Of a stretch of DNA of 64,000 bases, positions 28,715-38,234 are shown one piece after another. The stretch comes from Rickettsiales bacterium. Its GTDB lineage: Bacteria > Pseudomonadota > Alphaproteobacteria > Rs-D84. Positions within the stretch are counted from its first letter, which is position 1. Each line of letters opens with the position of its first letter. The translations under genes and the position numbers were made by a program. The stretch spans positions 9,670 through 73,669 of the forward strand of contig JAISKV010000012.1 in NCBI GenBank assembly GCA_031260805.1, written 5' to 3'. The notes under the pieces were generated by a model. It worked only from the letters and a program-made list of their open reading frames with translations, was not told where the DNA came from and ran no database searches.

Positions 28715-31096
28715 ATGCCGGATGACAAGATAACAGCGCGCGAAAGGAAGTGGCAGGACCGTTGGGCCGCGGAAAAATGCTTTGTACCAAAGAACGACGG
28801 CTCGCGGCCGCGATTCTATTACTTGCTGGAATTTCCCTTCTTGTCGGGCGCTGGCATGCATGCGGGCCACATGCTGACTTATTCCGGCATAGACATCATG
28901 TCGCGCTGGCGGCGCAGGGCCGGATACGATGTCCTGTTCCCGATTGGTTTTGACGCCATGGGCATCACGGCCGAGCATTATGCCGTTAGAATGGGCCGTC
29001 ATCCTGCCGACATAGCGGCAGAATTAAAGCAATCTTATCTGGAAGTCATTCGCCGGACTGGATGGTCTGTGAATACCGAAGCGGCCGTCGCGACATCTGA
29101 TCCTGAATTCATCAGGTGGACGCAATGGATGTTTATCCAGTTCTTTAATGCGGGCTTGGCGTATAAATCGTTCCTGCCGATGAACTGGTGCCCGTCCTGC
29201 CGCACTACGCTGACCAACGAGGAACTGGAAGACGGCAAATGCGACCGATGCCACGGGCCGGTGGAAAAGCGTGAAAAAATGCAATGGAATCTGGCGTTGT
29301 CGCGCTATGCCCAGAAATTGCTGGACGGGCTGGAAACTGTTGACTTTATTGATCGTGTCAAGAGAGACGAAATCAACATGATTGGCCGCAGCGACGGGGC
29401 CGAGATTGATTTCCATATTGAAATTGCCCCCCGCGGGGGGGCTGGCGCGCCAGCGCCCGGGGGGGTGATGACTGTGTACACGACCCGCGCGGACACAGTG
29501 TTCGGCGCATCGTTCTGCGTGCTGGCGCCCGAGCATGCGTTGGTCGGCAAATGGCTGGACGACGGTGCGGTGCAAAATGCGGGCGCTGTCAGGGATTACG
29601 CAGCAGCGGCGCGCGCAAAATCAGAGATAGAGCGACTGGATGCGACGCGCGAAAAAACTGGCGTTCGTTTGGACGGGGTGGTTGCAATAAATCCTTTTAA
29701 TGGGGCCCAATTGCCGGTGTTTATCGCGGACTATGTTCTGGCCGATTACGGAAACGGCGCGATTATGGCGGTTCCCGCGCATGACGATCGCGATATGGAT
29801 TTTGCCAGAAAATACAATCTGCCCGTGATACCGGTCTTGGATGAAAACGAAATTCATATAAATTCCGAATTTATGAACGGGTTGAATATCGCGGATGCCA
29901 AGGCGGCGGCGATAAAGTCCGGCTTGGCGCGCGCGTCCGTGCAGTACAAACTGAAAGATTGGGCTTTTTCGCGCCAGATGTACTGGGGCGAGCCGATTCC
30001 GCTGGTCCATTGCGAAAAATGCGGATGGGTGCCGGTGCCGGACGACCAGTTGCCCGTATTGCAGCCGCACATGCTGGATTACCGCCCGACGCTGGACGGC
30101 GATTCGCCGCTGGCGCGCGCAACGGATTGGGTGAATACGACCTGTCCGCGGTGCGGCGGCGCGGCGCGGCGCGAAACGGATACCATGCCTGGCTGGGCCG
30201 GAAGTTCGTGGTATTACATGCGGTATCTGGATCCGAAAAACGACCGTGAGTTTTGTTCGCGCGCGCAGATGGAAAACTGGCTGCCCGTCAATCACTATAA
30301 CGGCGGCAACGAACATAATACCAAGCATTTGATTTATTCGCGATTCTGGCATCACGCGCTGTACGACCTGGGTCTGGTCAATACGCCGGAACCGTACGCG
30401 CGCCGCACGGCCCAAGGCCTGCTGATGGGCAGCGACGGGCATAAAATGTCAAAATCGCGCGGCAATGGATTCATGGCTGCGGACCTGGTTGATCGCGTCG
30501 GCGCGGATGTCGCTCGAATGGCCGTCGTGTCGCTGGGCGCGTGGACCGACAACACCATCTGGTCCGAAGGCGCGGTCCGCGGGGCCCAGAAGTTTTTAAG
30601 CCGCGTGGAAAAAATAGCGGAGAGCCTGAGTGATGGCGATTTGCAGCCCGGCCAGGAAAGACTGGTTCACGAATTGATAAAAAATGTCGGCGAAAGAATA
30701 GAAGCAATGTCTTTCAATACTGCGATTTCCGCAATGATGGAGTTTGTGAATAAAATCGGCGATATAAATAAATTCGCATACGAAATTCTGCTGCAATGCC
30801 TGAATCCGTTCGCGCCGCACATAACCGAAGAATTGTGGGAAAAATTGGGGCATGCCGAGATGCTGGTGTTTGCGCCTTGGCCTGAATATGATGAAGCAAA
30901 ACTGGTCAGGAATCAGCATAATTACGCCGTTTCAGTGAATGGAAAATTCCGCGGAGAATTCATAACGCCTGATTCCGCATCGGACGAAGAGCGGATTGCC
31001 GCGGCGAAGGGAATCGCGCGAAAATTTCTGGACGGCCATGAAATAATAAAAACAATCCATGTCCCGAATAAAATGATAAACTTTGTTATAAGATAA
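28715..31096 (+). CDS. leuS: Leucine--tRNA ligase
   Basis: HMGH motif (GAGMHAGHML), KMSKS, CP1 editing domain TRADTVFG; 793 aa. Confidence 0.95.
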   Translation: MPDDKITARERKWQDRWAAEKCFVPKNDGSRPRFYYLLEFPFLSGAGMHAGHMLTYSGIDIMSRWRRRAGYDVLFPIGFDAMGITAEHYAVRMGRHPADIAAELKQSYLEVIRRTGWSVNTEAAVATSDPEFIRWTQWMFIQFFNAGLAYKSFLPMNWCPSCRTTLTNEELEDGKCDRCHGPVEKREKMQWNLALSRYAQKLLDGLETVDFIDRVKRDEINMIGRSDGAEIDFHIEIAPRGGAGAPAPGGVMTVYTTRADTVFGASFCVLAPEHALVGKWLDDGAVQNAGAVRDYAAAARAKSEIERLDATREKTGVRLDGVVAINPFNGAQLPVFIADYVLADYGNGAIMAVPAHDDRDMDFARKYNLPVIPVLDENEIHINSEFMNGLNIADAKAAAIKSGLARASVQYKLKDWAFSRQMYWGEPIPLVHCEKCGWVPVPDDQLPVLQPHMLDYRPTLDGDSPLARATDWVNTTCPRCGGAARRETDTMPGWAGSSWYYMRYLDPKNDREFCSRAQMENWLPVNHYNGGNEHNTKHLIYSRFWHHALYDLGLVNTPEPYARRTAQGLLMGSDGHKMSKSRGNGFMAADLVDRVGADVARMAVVSLGAWTDNTIWSEGAVRGAQKFLSRVEKIAESLSDGDLQPGQERLVHELIKNVGERIEAMSFNTAISAMMEFVNKIGDINKFAYEILLQCLNPFAPHITEELWEKLGHAEMLVFAPWPEYDEAKLVRNQHNYAVSVNGKFRGEFITPDSASDEERIAAAKGIARKFLDGHEIIKTIHVPNKMINFVIR

Positions 31097-31113
31097 AAAC
31101 TAAAAGATACAAA

Positions 31114-31575
31114 ATGAAGAAATTACTCATCGCGCTGACCCTTGGCGCATGCGGATTTTCGCCAATGTACACCGAAACGCGCACAGCGGAAACGGCGCAG
31201 ATTTTCATCGCGCCGATAAGCGGAACAAACGGCATAGACCTGCGCAATGAACTTATCGCCAGATTCAATACAGATAATGTTGAAAGCGCGGCAAAGTATA
31301 TGTTAAGCGTGGATCTGAAAAAACCGGCGGTTTCGTACAAGGCCCTGCAAATATCCGGCGACGCGACATGGCAGGAAATCCGGCTGACAGCGGCGTATAC
31401 CCTTAAATCTGGGGACGCCGTTGTCGCATCTGGGACCGCATCGGCGGCGGAATCATATACTTTTGTGCGCGATCTTGTGTCGGCGAACGCGGCGCGCACG
31501 AACGCGGAACAAAATGTTATTTCCGTGCTGGCCGGGGATATCGCGTCAAGAATTAATGCAAAATTGGGGGGCTGA
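31114..31575 (+). CDS. lptE: LPS-assembly lipoprotein LptE
   Basis: Lipobox LGAC; conserved position immediately downstream of leuS. Confidence 0.7.
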   Translation: MKKLLIALTLGACGFSPMYTETRTAETAQIFIAPISGTNGIDLRNELIARFNTDNVESAAKYMLSVDLKKPAVSYKALQISGDATWQEIRLTAAYTLKSGDAVVASGTASAAESYTFVRDLVSANAARTNAEQNVISVLAGDIASRINAKLGG

Positions 31576-31581
31576 CAGACC

Positions 31582-31890
31582 ATGGCGACAATAACCAGAA
31601 AGAGTTTGGCGGATAATTTGCAGAGGGAATTCGGACTGACCGGAACGGACGCGTATCGGGCTGTTGATATATTTTTCAGCGAAATCCACGAATCGTTAAA
31701 GCGCGGGGAAGAAGTGAAAATCGCGAATTTTGGAACTTTCCGGATTCTGCATAAAAATCCCAGGGTCGGAAGAAATCCCAGAACCGGGGAAGAAAAAGTC
31801 ATATCGGCGCGTGATGTGGTGTCGTTCAAGTCCAGCGCGGATTTCCGAAGCAAAATGAAATCAAGCAGCAGATCAGAGCCCAGGGTTTAG
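31582..31890 (+). CDS. HU/IHF-family DNA-binding protein
   Basis: KIANFGTFRILHKNPRVGRNPRTGEEKVISARDVVSFK (HU/IHF beta-arm signature). Confidence 0.8.
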   Translation: MATITRKSLADNLQREFGLTGTDAYRAVDIFFSEIHESLKRGEEVKIANFGTFRILHKNPRVGRNPRTGEEKVISARDVVSFKSSADFRSKMKSSSRSEPRV

Positions 31891-31992
31891 AGTTCAGAGT
31901 GCGATTGCATGGCCAGTTCCCCTCCCTTGGAGGGGAACTGGCCACTCTCAAACCTCGCACCTTATACCTCACACCTCAAACCTTGTACCTCT
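31880..31992. repeat. Intergenic hairpin element: 33-bp perfect palindrome ggccagttcccctcccttggaggggaactggcc plus ACCTCAA 7-bp periodic repeats
   Basis: Shares the 21-mer agttcccctcccttggagggg with the element at 56283-56303. Confidence 0.7.
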
Positions 31993-32020
31993 AAAAAACG
32001 GCGCTTTGCGCCGTTTTTTT
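31993..32020. terminator. Bidirectional rho-independent terminator (HU gene / tyrS convergent)
   Basis: aaaaaacggcgctttgcgccgttttttt. Confidence 0.7.
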
Positions 32021-33222
32021 CACTCCACCGCCACGCGCAGGAATGTTTTCTTGCCTTTCTTCAACAGCACGCTGACGCCAGGCTGCAACAGAACGACCTG
32101 GTCCGGATTGGCCACGCGTTCCTCATTCAATGTCAGGCCGCCCTGATCTATCGTCCGCCGCGCTTCCGATTTTGATGCGAACAATCCGACCGCCATGCAA
32201 AAGTCCAGAACGCTCGGCAATGTCGCCGCGATTTTATACACCGCCGTCGGCGCGTTGGATATGTCGCCGCAGCCGAACAGCGCAGCGGCAGCGTCCGCCG
32301 CAGTTTCTGCCGCGTCCGTTCCATGCACGATTTCCGTCGCCGCAAACGCCAGCCGCCTTTTCGCTTCATTGATGTCGCCGCGCATTATTTCAGCGATTTC
32401 CGGCAATGAAAATTCCGTGAATAATTTCAAGAACTTTTCAACCAGATCATCCGGCGTGTTGCGGAAGTATTGAAAGTAATCATACGGGCTGGTCTTGTCT
32501 TCGTTCAGCCAGACCGCGTTTCCAGCAGACTTGCCAACCTTGTTCCCGGCCGAATCCGTGATGATGCTGGTGGACAGCACGAACGCCGATCCGCCGATTT
32601 TTTTGCGAATCAAATCAATCCCCATGATGGAGTTTCCCCACTGGTCCGCGCCGCACAGTTGCAGCGCGCATCCGCGGTCCTTGTACAGATGCAGGAAGTC
32701 AACCGCTTGGAAAGTCATGTAATTGAATTCCAGAAATGTCATCCCAGTTTCCAGCCGCCGCCGCACCGATTCCATGGACAGCATGTGCGGCACGGTGAAC
32801 GCCGTCCCGAATTCCGCCAGAAAGTCCATGTGGCTGTACTTTTTCATCCAGTCATGGTTATCCACAACCGCGACCCGTTTCATATCGCAAACCTTGGCGC
32901 AGGATTTTTTAAGCCCCGCGACATTTTTAGCCAATATTTCTTCGGTCATCATCGGCCGGCCCGTGTCGCGCCCCGAAGGATCGCCGATGCGCCCTGTCGC
33001 GCCGCCAACCAGCATAATAACATTGTTCCCGTATTTTTGCAGCCAGCGCAGCAGCATTATCGGGATAAGATGCCCCTGGTGCAGGCTGTCCGCGGTCGGG
33101 TCAAATCCCAGGTATGCGGTAATCGGCCCGGATTCCAATGCCGCCTGCAAACCGTCAAAGTCGCTGCATTGATTTATGAATCCCCGCGCGTGCATGTCGT
33201 TTATAAAGTCTTTGTTGTTCAT
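32020..33222 (-). CDS. tyrS: Tyrosine--tRNA ligase
   Basis: HIGH-type motif (DSLHQGHL), KMSKS, C-terminal S4 domain; 400 aa. Confidence 0.9.
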   Translation of the reverse strand: MNNKDFINDMHARGFINQCSDFDGLQAALESGPITAYLGFDPTADSLHQGHLIPIMLLRWLQKYGNNVIMLVGGATGRIGDPSGRDTGRPMMTEEILAKNVAGLKKSCAKVCDMKRVAVVDNHDWMKKYSHMDFLAEFGTAFTVPHMLSMESVRRRLETGMTFLEFNYMTFQAVDFLHLYKDRGCALQLCGADQWGNSIMGIDLIRKKIGGSAFVLSTSIITDSAGNKVGKSAGNAVWLNEDKTSPYDYFQYFRNTPDDLVEKFLKLFTEFSLPEIAEIMRGDINEAKRRLAFAATEIVHGTDAAETAADAAAALFGCGDISNAPTAVYKIAATLPSVLDFCMAVGLFASKSEARRTIDQGGLTLNEERVANPDQVVLLQPGVSVLLKKGKKTFLRVAVE

Positions 33223-33461
33223 TTTATTTTCCTTGAATTTATAAAAATTATATCACAGTTTTTTGCTTATTGCTATACCACCGTCGGTTATCCCGTTGTC
33301 AAGCAACGGGATGACCAGAATGAGCGTGGCAGCCAAAATATAAATTTCTGCCGGACAAACCGGCGTGCGGAATCAGTTAACGCCCGCGGGCGTAGAAAAA
33401 GGAATTATACAAAAAAGAACCGCAGAGATTCATTTTTTATCTTTTAATTTGTCTTGAAATC

Positions 33462-33536
33462 TGGTGATCCCTAGGGGACTCGAACCCCTGTTGGAGGAAT
33501 GAAAGTCCTCTGTCCTAACCGCTAGACGAAGGGACC
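33462..33536 (-). tRNA. tRNA-Glu (TTC)
   Basis: Reverse complement: ggtcccttcgtctagcggttaggacagaggacTTTCATtcctc...caggggTTCGAGTcccct agggatcACCA. Confidence 0.85.
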
Positions 33537-33639
33537 ACAGCGACGCTATTATGACAAAAATTCTGCAAATGTCCAGCAAAATTATTGTTCCCCTGCCCAT
33601 GGAAAGGAACTTAAAAAAAATCCGGCGGAGCCGGATTTT

Positions 33640-34935
33640 TTACGGGAAAATCTTGTTCGGGCCGCGGAATATAAATTCCGCGTCGCGTATAGAATCCAGA
33701 TTCAGCATCTGCTTGATTATACGCGCCGCGCCCGTGCCCCATCCGCCGTGCGGCGGCACGCCGTACCGGAAAAAGTCCAGATACCACTGCAAGCCGTCCT
33801 GTTTCAACCCCTTGACCGCCAATTGTTTCAGCAGTTCTTCGTAATTTTCTTCGCGCAGCGCCAGCGTTGTTATTTCAACGCCTTTGTACAGCAGGTCAGC
33901 GGATTGCGAAAATCCGTCGCGCCATTTGTGGTAAAACGCGCCGCGCGCGGAAATTGGCCATGTATGCACGAATACAAAATCAATGCCCTGCTCTGCAAAA
34001 TGCGCGCCGACCAACTTTTCCTGTTCCGATGTCAGATCTTCGTCAAAGTCCGTGCCGCCCGCAATTTCTTTGGCCGCGCGCAGCGTTATCCGCGCAAACG
34101 GCTTTGGCAACTGCAAATCAATTCCAAAGTGTTCTTTGATTTCAGGACCGTATTCTTTTATAACATGCTCTATGAAATATGTCAGCAATCCTTCTTCCAA
34201 GTCCATCAGGTCTTCAATTTTATCAACATACGCCTTTTCCACATCCAACGATATGGTTTCCGTCGCATGGCGCGTGGTGAAAGACTTTTCAGCACGGAAA
34301 ATCTGGCCTATCTCAAAAACAAATTCCATGCCGGCCGCGATAGCCATCTGCTTGTACAACTGCGGCGATTGAGCCAGATACGCCTTGCCCCCGAAATATT
34401 CCAACTCAAACAAGTCGGCATGCGATTCGGACGGCGTCGGCATCAGTTTCGGCGTGTGAACCTCCAACCCGCCGCGCGCGGTCAGATATTCGCGATAGCA
34501 CCGGTCAAGCGTGGAACGCAGTTTCATAATCAGCGCGTTTTCCGGACGACGCAGATCCAGGAATCTTGATTGGTACCGGACATCGGGCGATGCAGCGGTC
34601 TCGGCATTCTTTTCGTACACAGCCAGCGGCAATTCAGATTCAGACGCCGCGATGACTTCTATGGTTTCGGCCAGGATTTCAATGCCGCCCTTGACATTCG
34701 GGGCTTCTTTAACCAGACCGGTTATTTTAATGTTGGATTCTGCCGTCAGATCCCGAACAGTATCAAACGCGGCCGCATTTGATTTCTCGAAAACAACCTG
34801 CACCTGGCCGCTGATGTCGCGCACAATGACAAATGCGACCGATGACTGCTTGCGCATTATATAGGAAAATCCGATGATAGTGGCAGTCTGCCCAATCATG
34901 GATTTCAGTTCGCTGATTTTTGTATGTTGGATCAT
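33640..34935 (-). CDS. aspS: Aspartate--tRNA ligase, archaeal/eukaryotic type (class IIb; possibly non-discriminating; AsnRS not fully excluded)
   Basis: 431 aa; motif 2 FRAEKSFTTRH, motif 3 GGWGTGAARI, C-terminal FRGPNKIFP resembles type-2 AspRS FPRD..RLTP. Confidence 0.65.
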   Translation of the reverse strand: MIQHTKISELKSMIGQTATIIGFSYIMRKQSSVAFVIVRDISGQVQVVFEKSNAAAFDTVRDLTAESNIKITGLVKEAPNVKGGIEILAETIEVIAASESELPLAVYEKNAETAASPDVRYQSRFLDLRRPENALIMKLRSTLDRCYREYLTARGGLEVHTPKLMPTPSESHADLFELEYFGGKAYLAQSPQLYKQMAIAAGMEFVFEIGQIFRAEKSFTTRHATETISLDVEKAYVDKIEDLMDLEEGLLTYFIEHVIKEYGPEIKEHFGIDLQLPKPFARITLRAAKEIAGGTDFDEDLTSEQEKLVGAHFAEQGIDFVFVHTWPISARGAFYHKWRDGFSQSADLLYKGVEITTLALREENYEELLKQLAVKGLKQDGLQWYLDFFRYGVPPHGGWGTGAARIIKQMLNLDSIRDAEFIFRGPNKIFP

Positions 34936-35094
34936 ATTTGCACCTTTGGTTAAACAGATTACTTGCAGGGGCGGAAATCTGTCCGCGGTGCCACCCTGAT
35001 TTGTCGCTTGGACTTTTTTTGCATTGCTCGGCGGTCGTTAATCGCGTCATCGCGCATGCATTGCATATTATACAGAATATTTTTTATATTGCAA
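34936..35094 (-). promoter_or_regulatory. Promoter plus about 130-nt leader carrying a T-box-like motif upstream of aspS
   Basis: -35 ttgcaa (35089-35094), -10 tataat (RC of 35067-35072); leader contains AATCAGGGTGGCACCGCGG (RC of 34983-35001) = T-box consensus AAnnnGGGTGGnACCGCG; hairpin gcgga-N7-tccgc follows. Confidence 0.45.
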
Positions 35095-35116
35095 ATAATA
35101 AATTTGCAGTTATAAT
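35089..35116 (+). promoter_or_regulatory. Sigma70-type promoter for tRNA-Thr(GGT), sharing the self-complementary -35 hexamer TTGCAA with the divergent aspS promoter
   Basis: ttgcaa (35089-35094) -16- tataat (35111-35116). Confidence 0.5.
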
Positions 35117-35145
35117 CATTGCTTACCAGTATAGTCTGAACCAAT

Positions 35146-35219
35146 GCCCGCATAGTATAATGGTAGAACATGTCCTTGGTAAGGACAAGACGGCAGTCCG
35201 ATTCTGCCTGCGGGCACCA
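35146..35219 (+). tRNA. tRNA-Thr (GGT)
   Basis: gcccgca...atgtccTTGGTAAggaca...ggcagTCCGATTctgcc tgcgggcACCA. Confidence 0.85.
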
Positions 35220-35258
35220 TTATTTTCGTCTGCGACGCGTTATAAATTTATAATAAAA

Positions 35259-35282
35259 AAAGCCCGAGATTCGGGCTTTTAA
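35259..35282 (+). terminator. Rho-independent terminator after tRNA-Thr
   Basis: aaaaaaagcccgagattcgggctttt. Confidence 0.7.
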
Positions 35283-35416
35283 TCTGGTTGTCGGGCTTGA
35301 ATGAATTGAGAACTGTCTCGGTCAGCCCGTCCCGTCGCACTTTGTGCGCCGCGGCCGAGACACTAATTTTTCTCAAACTCCCCCGCATCAAGTGCGGGGT
35401 CATTAGCGAAAAATTG

Positions 35417-35493
<77 letters not shown>

Positions 35494-35597
35494 ATAATGG
35501 CCGAATTATACACCAGATATCACAAATGTCAAGTTTTTATACCAATTCTTGCAATTCCAGAAAATTCCTTATATAATTTCATCAAAGGACTTAAAAC

Positions 35598-36332
35598 ATG
35601 ATTATCACAAAAGCATTGAAAAAAACTTGGAAATGGATAAACAAGCACATCATGGGATTGGGCGTCATGCAATGGCTGGCCGCGACGATATTCTATTTAT
35701 TCATTAATCTAGTATACTTTACCTGCCGCGTTCATGTCAAAAATGCTACAATTTTCAAGCAATACGCGCGTAAGCCCGCGGTTTTCGTATTCTGGCACGG
35801 GCGCAGCATGATGCTGGCCCCGATGATTCGCAGATACCGTCTTCGCGGATTCGCAATTTCTTCCAAGCACAAGGATGGCAAAATCATGGCGAAATTAATG
35901 CGCATGTTCGGGCTGCGTCCAATTTTCGGATCCACGGCGCGGGCCGGCGCGGTATCCGCATTGCGCCAGGGGCTGCAAGTGCTGCGCGACGGTTTTGTTG
36001 TCGCGCTGTCGCCGGATGGCCCCAAGGGGCCGCGCATGCGTCTGAACGACGGCGCGCTGTATTTCGCGTCAATGTCGGGCGCGCCGGTCATATCGTGCTG
36101 CTTTGCCGCATCGCGGCCGATTGTGTTCTGGAAAAAATGGGACAAGTACATGGTCGCGACGCCTTTTTCGCGGATGGAATGCGTTGTGTCGGACCCGATT
36201 ATCATAACCAAGCAGAACCGTGAAGAAATGCAAATTTTTGTTGAAGAATTTATGGTAAAGCAAATCCAGGACTTGGACGCAAAATTCGGACTGCCAAAAC
36301 TGGAACGCGGCGAATTAAAGGTTAAAAAATAA
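35598..36332 (+). CDS. DUF374 lysophospholipid-acyltransferase-like protein (commonly precedes lpxK/waaA)
   Basis: Conserved FWHGRSMMLAP...GPKGP region typical of DUF374; directly upstream of lpxK. Confidence 0.55.
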   Translation: MIITKALKKTWKWINKHIMGLGVMQWLAATIFYLFINLVYFTCRVHVKNATIFKQYARKPAVFVFWHGRSMMLAPMIRRYRLRGFAISSKHKDGKIMAKLMRMFGLRPIFGSTARAGAVSALRQGLQVLRDGFVVALSPDGPKGPRMRLNDGALYFASMSGAPVISCCFAASRPIVFWKKWDKYMVATPFSRMECVVSDPIIITKQNREEMQIFVEEFMVKQIQDLDAKFGLPKLERGELKVKK

Positions 36333-36333
36333 A

Positions 36334-37302
36334 GTGAAAACCCCGAAATGGTTTCTTCGCAAAAGTCTTTTATCCTGCCTGCTATGGCCGTTTTCTATTC
36401 TGTATTTAATCGGGTTTTATTTCGTTTTCATTTTTCGGTGTTTTTCATCAAAAACTTCCAAAAAGGCCGTAATTTGCGTTGGTGCGATTTGGGCAGGCGG
36501 CGTTGGGAAAACACCGATTGTTCGCGAACTGGCAACCAGAATTAATGCGGCCGTTGTCATGCGCGGGTACGGCGGCAGAATAACGGACGGGCATCGCGCG
36601 ACCCAATCAGATACCGCGGCGGATATAGGGGACGAGGCCAAAATGCTGTCCGCAACCGGTTTGCCTGTTTATGTAGGCAATCGCAGCGAGAGTATTTGTC
36701 TGATAAATTCCAGGGCGGATGAAAACGCCATTATTCTGGACGACGGATTTCAGAACCCTACAATTCCCAAGAAATTATCCATTCTGGTTTTTGACGAATC
36801 GCTGGGAATCGGGAACGGCCTGTGCCTGCCAGCGGGACCTCTGCGCGAGCCGCTGCTGCCCGGGCTTCTGCGCGCGGACGCGATTATTTTAATTCAATCG
36901 CCGAACCCGAATTATCAAACCGGCAGATTGCTGCGGCTGGCCAAGATTCTGCGCCGCCCGGTGTTTTACGCGCGAAAATATATTGAAGATCCGGGATACA
37001 CAGGCAAAGTTGTTGCTTTTGCCGGAATCGGGTATCCGGAAAAATTCTTTAACAGCGTGCGGCAACTGTCCGGCGCGCGGCTGATTGAATCAATATCATT
37101 TCCGGATCATCATCAGTATTCCAAATCGGACTTTGTGAATTTGTTTGCGGTCGCGCGCCGGTACGACGCAAAACTTATCTGCACTGAAAAAGACTGGGTA
37201 AAATTCCCGAACAACATCGGCAAGAAAATCAAGTTCTTGCCGCTCGGCATTTCAATTGGTGCTGATTTCTACGACTGGATGAACAAAAAGTTGAAAAAAT
37301 GA
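36334..37302 (+). CDS. lpxK: Tetraacyldisaccharide 4'-kinase LpxK
   Basis: P-loop VICVGAIWAGGVGKTP (GNxxVGGTGKTP-like), about 320 aa. Confidence 0.85.
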   Translation: MKTPKWFLRKSLLSCLLWPFSILYLIGFYFVFIFRCFSSKTSKKAVICVGAIWAGGVGKTPIVRELATRINAAVVMRGYGGRITDGHRATQSDTAADIGDEAKMLSATGLPVYVGNRSESICLINSRADENAIILDDGFQNPTIPKKLSILVFDESLGIGNGLCLPAGPLREPLLPGLLRADAIILIQSPNPNYQTGRLLRLAKILRRPVFYARKYIEDPGYTGKVVAFAGIGYPEKFFNSVRQLSGARLIESISFPDHHQYSKSDFVNLFAVARRYDAKLICTEKDWVKFPNNIGKKIKFLPLGISIGADFYDWMNKKLKK

Positions 37303-38213
37303 AAAACGAAGTCAAAATTACCGGAATCGGCGTGCATTCCGGGCGCGCGGCAAATCTGCGCATTTATTCGCAGTCGCGCGCCGGGATTTTCTTTCGGCGG
37401 ACCGATTTGCAGGATGCGCGGCCGATGCCGGCGGTTTACAGCAATGTTTACAATACCGCGCTGCAAAATACTATCATCGGGGAATGCCCGGACTGCGTTC
37501 AGACCATAGAGCATTTGATGGCCGCACTGTCCGTTTGCGGAATTTATTCCGCCGCGATTGATATTGACGGGCCGGAAACGCCGATATTGGACGGCAGCGC
37601 GGCTGAATTTATAAAAAAACTGCAAAAATTCCAAAACTCGTTTCCGGCAAAAAAAATAATTGTAAAGCGGGAAGTTATCGCGCATCGGAGGGAACTTATC
37701 AGAAAACTGCCATTAATCCGCAGGATGAAATTGTTTTTTTACAATCTGGCCAATGGGCGGCGCGAAGACGGATTTGTAAAATTATCCCCTGACCCGCGCG
37801 GATTATGCATCAACGCCACTCTGGATTATCCGGATAAAATCATCGGACGGCAAAGCGCGGAATTTCTATTGGACTATTCCGAAAAATCAAAAAAAGATTT
37901 TGTTAAAAATTTTGCCAGCGCGCGGACTTTCGGCCGCATCAGCGAATGGGAATATCTGAAAGCGCGCGGCATGGGGCTGGGCGCGAATGAAAACAATGTA
38001 ATCGTGCTGAACGCTGCGGGCGACGGGACGCTGAACAGACTGCGTTGGCCGGATGAATTCGTGCGGCACAAAATCATTGACGCCATCGGCGACATGGCGA
38101 CGGCCGGCGGACAAGTTTACGGAAAACTGACATCCGTCAAGGGCAGCCACGGCCTGAACAACCTGGCGTTAAGAAAGTTGTTCAGCAATCCTGAAAATTA
38201 TGATATAATTTAA
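37299..38213 (+). CDS. lpxC: UDP-3-O-acyl-N-acetylglucosamine deacetylase LpxC
   Basis: ITGIGVHSG...HLMAAL..GIYS...IDGPEVPILDGS motifs; 304 aa. Confidence 0.9.
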   Translation: MKNEVKITGIGVHSGRAANLRIYSQSRAGIFFRRTDLQDARPMPAVYSNVYNTALQNTIIGECPDCVQTIEHLMAALSVCGIYSAAIDIDGPETPILDGSAAEFIKKLQKFQNSFPAKKIIVKREVIAHRRELIRKLPLIRRMKLFFYNLANGRREDGFVKLSPDPRGLCINATLDYPDKIIGRQSAEFLLDYSEKSKKDFVKNFASARTFGRISEWEYLKARGMGLGANENNVIVLNAAGDGTLNRLRWPDEFVRHKIIDAIGDMATAGGQVYGKLTSVKGSHGLNNLALRKLFSNPENYDII

Positions 38214-38234
38214 TCAAATGCAAAGGATTTAATT

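Noticed and set aside
29621-30442. 273-aa minus-strand ORF inside leuS, 325-aa ORF (32470-33447) inside tyrS, 273-aa ORF (33748-34569) inside aspS, 364-aa ORF (47946-49040) inside gyrB
   Set aside because: Antisense to highly conserved aminoacyl-tRNA synthetase and gyrase genes; Arg/Ala-rich, no motifs
31909-32175. 88-aa ORF (MASSPPLEG...) and its look-alike at 56259-56564
   Set aside because: Both arise from the shared palindromic repeat agttcccctcccttggagggg and run antisense into tyrS/dnaG; artifacts of the repeat
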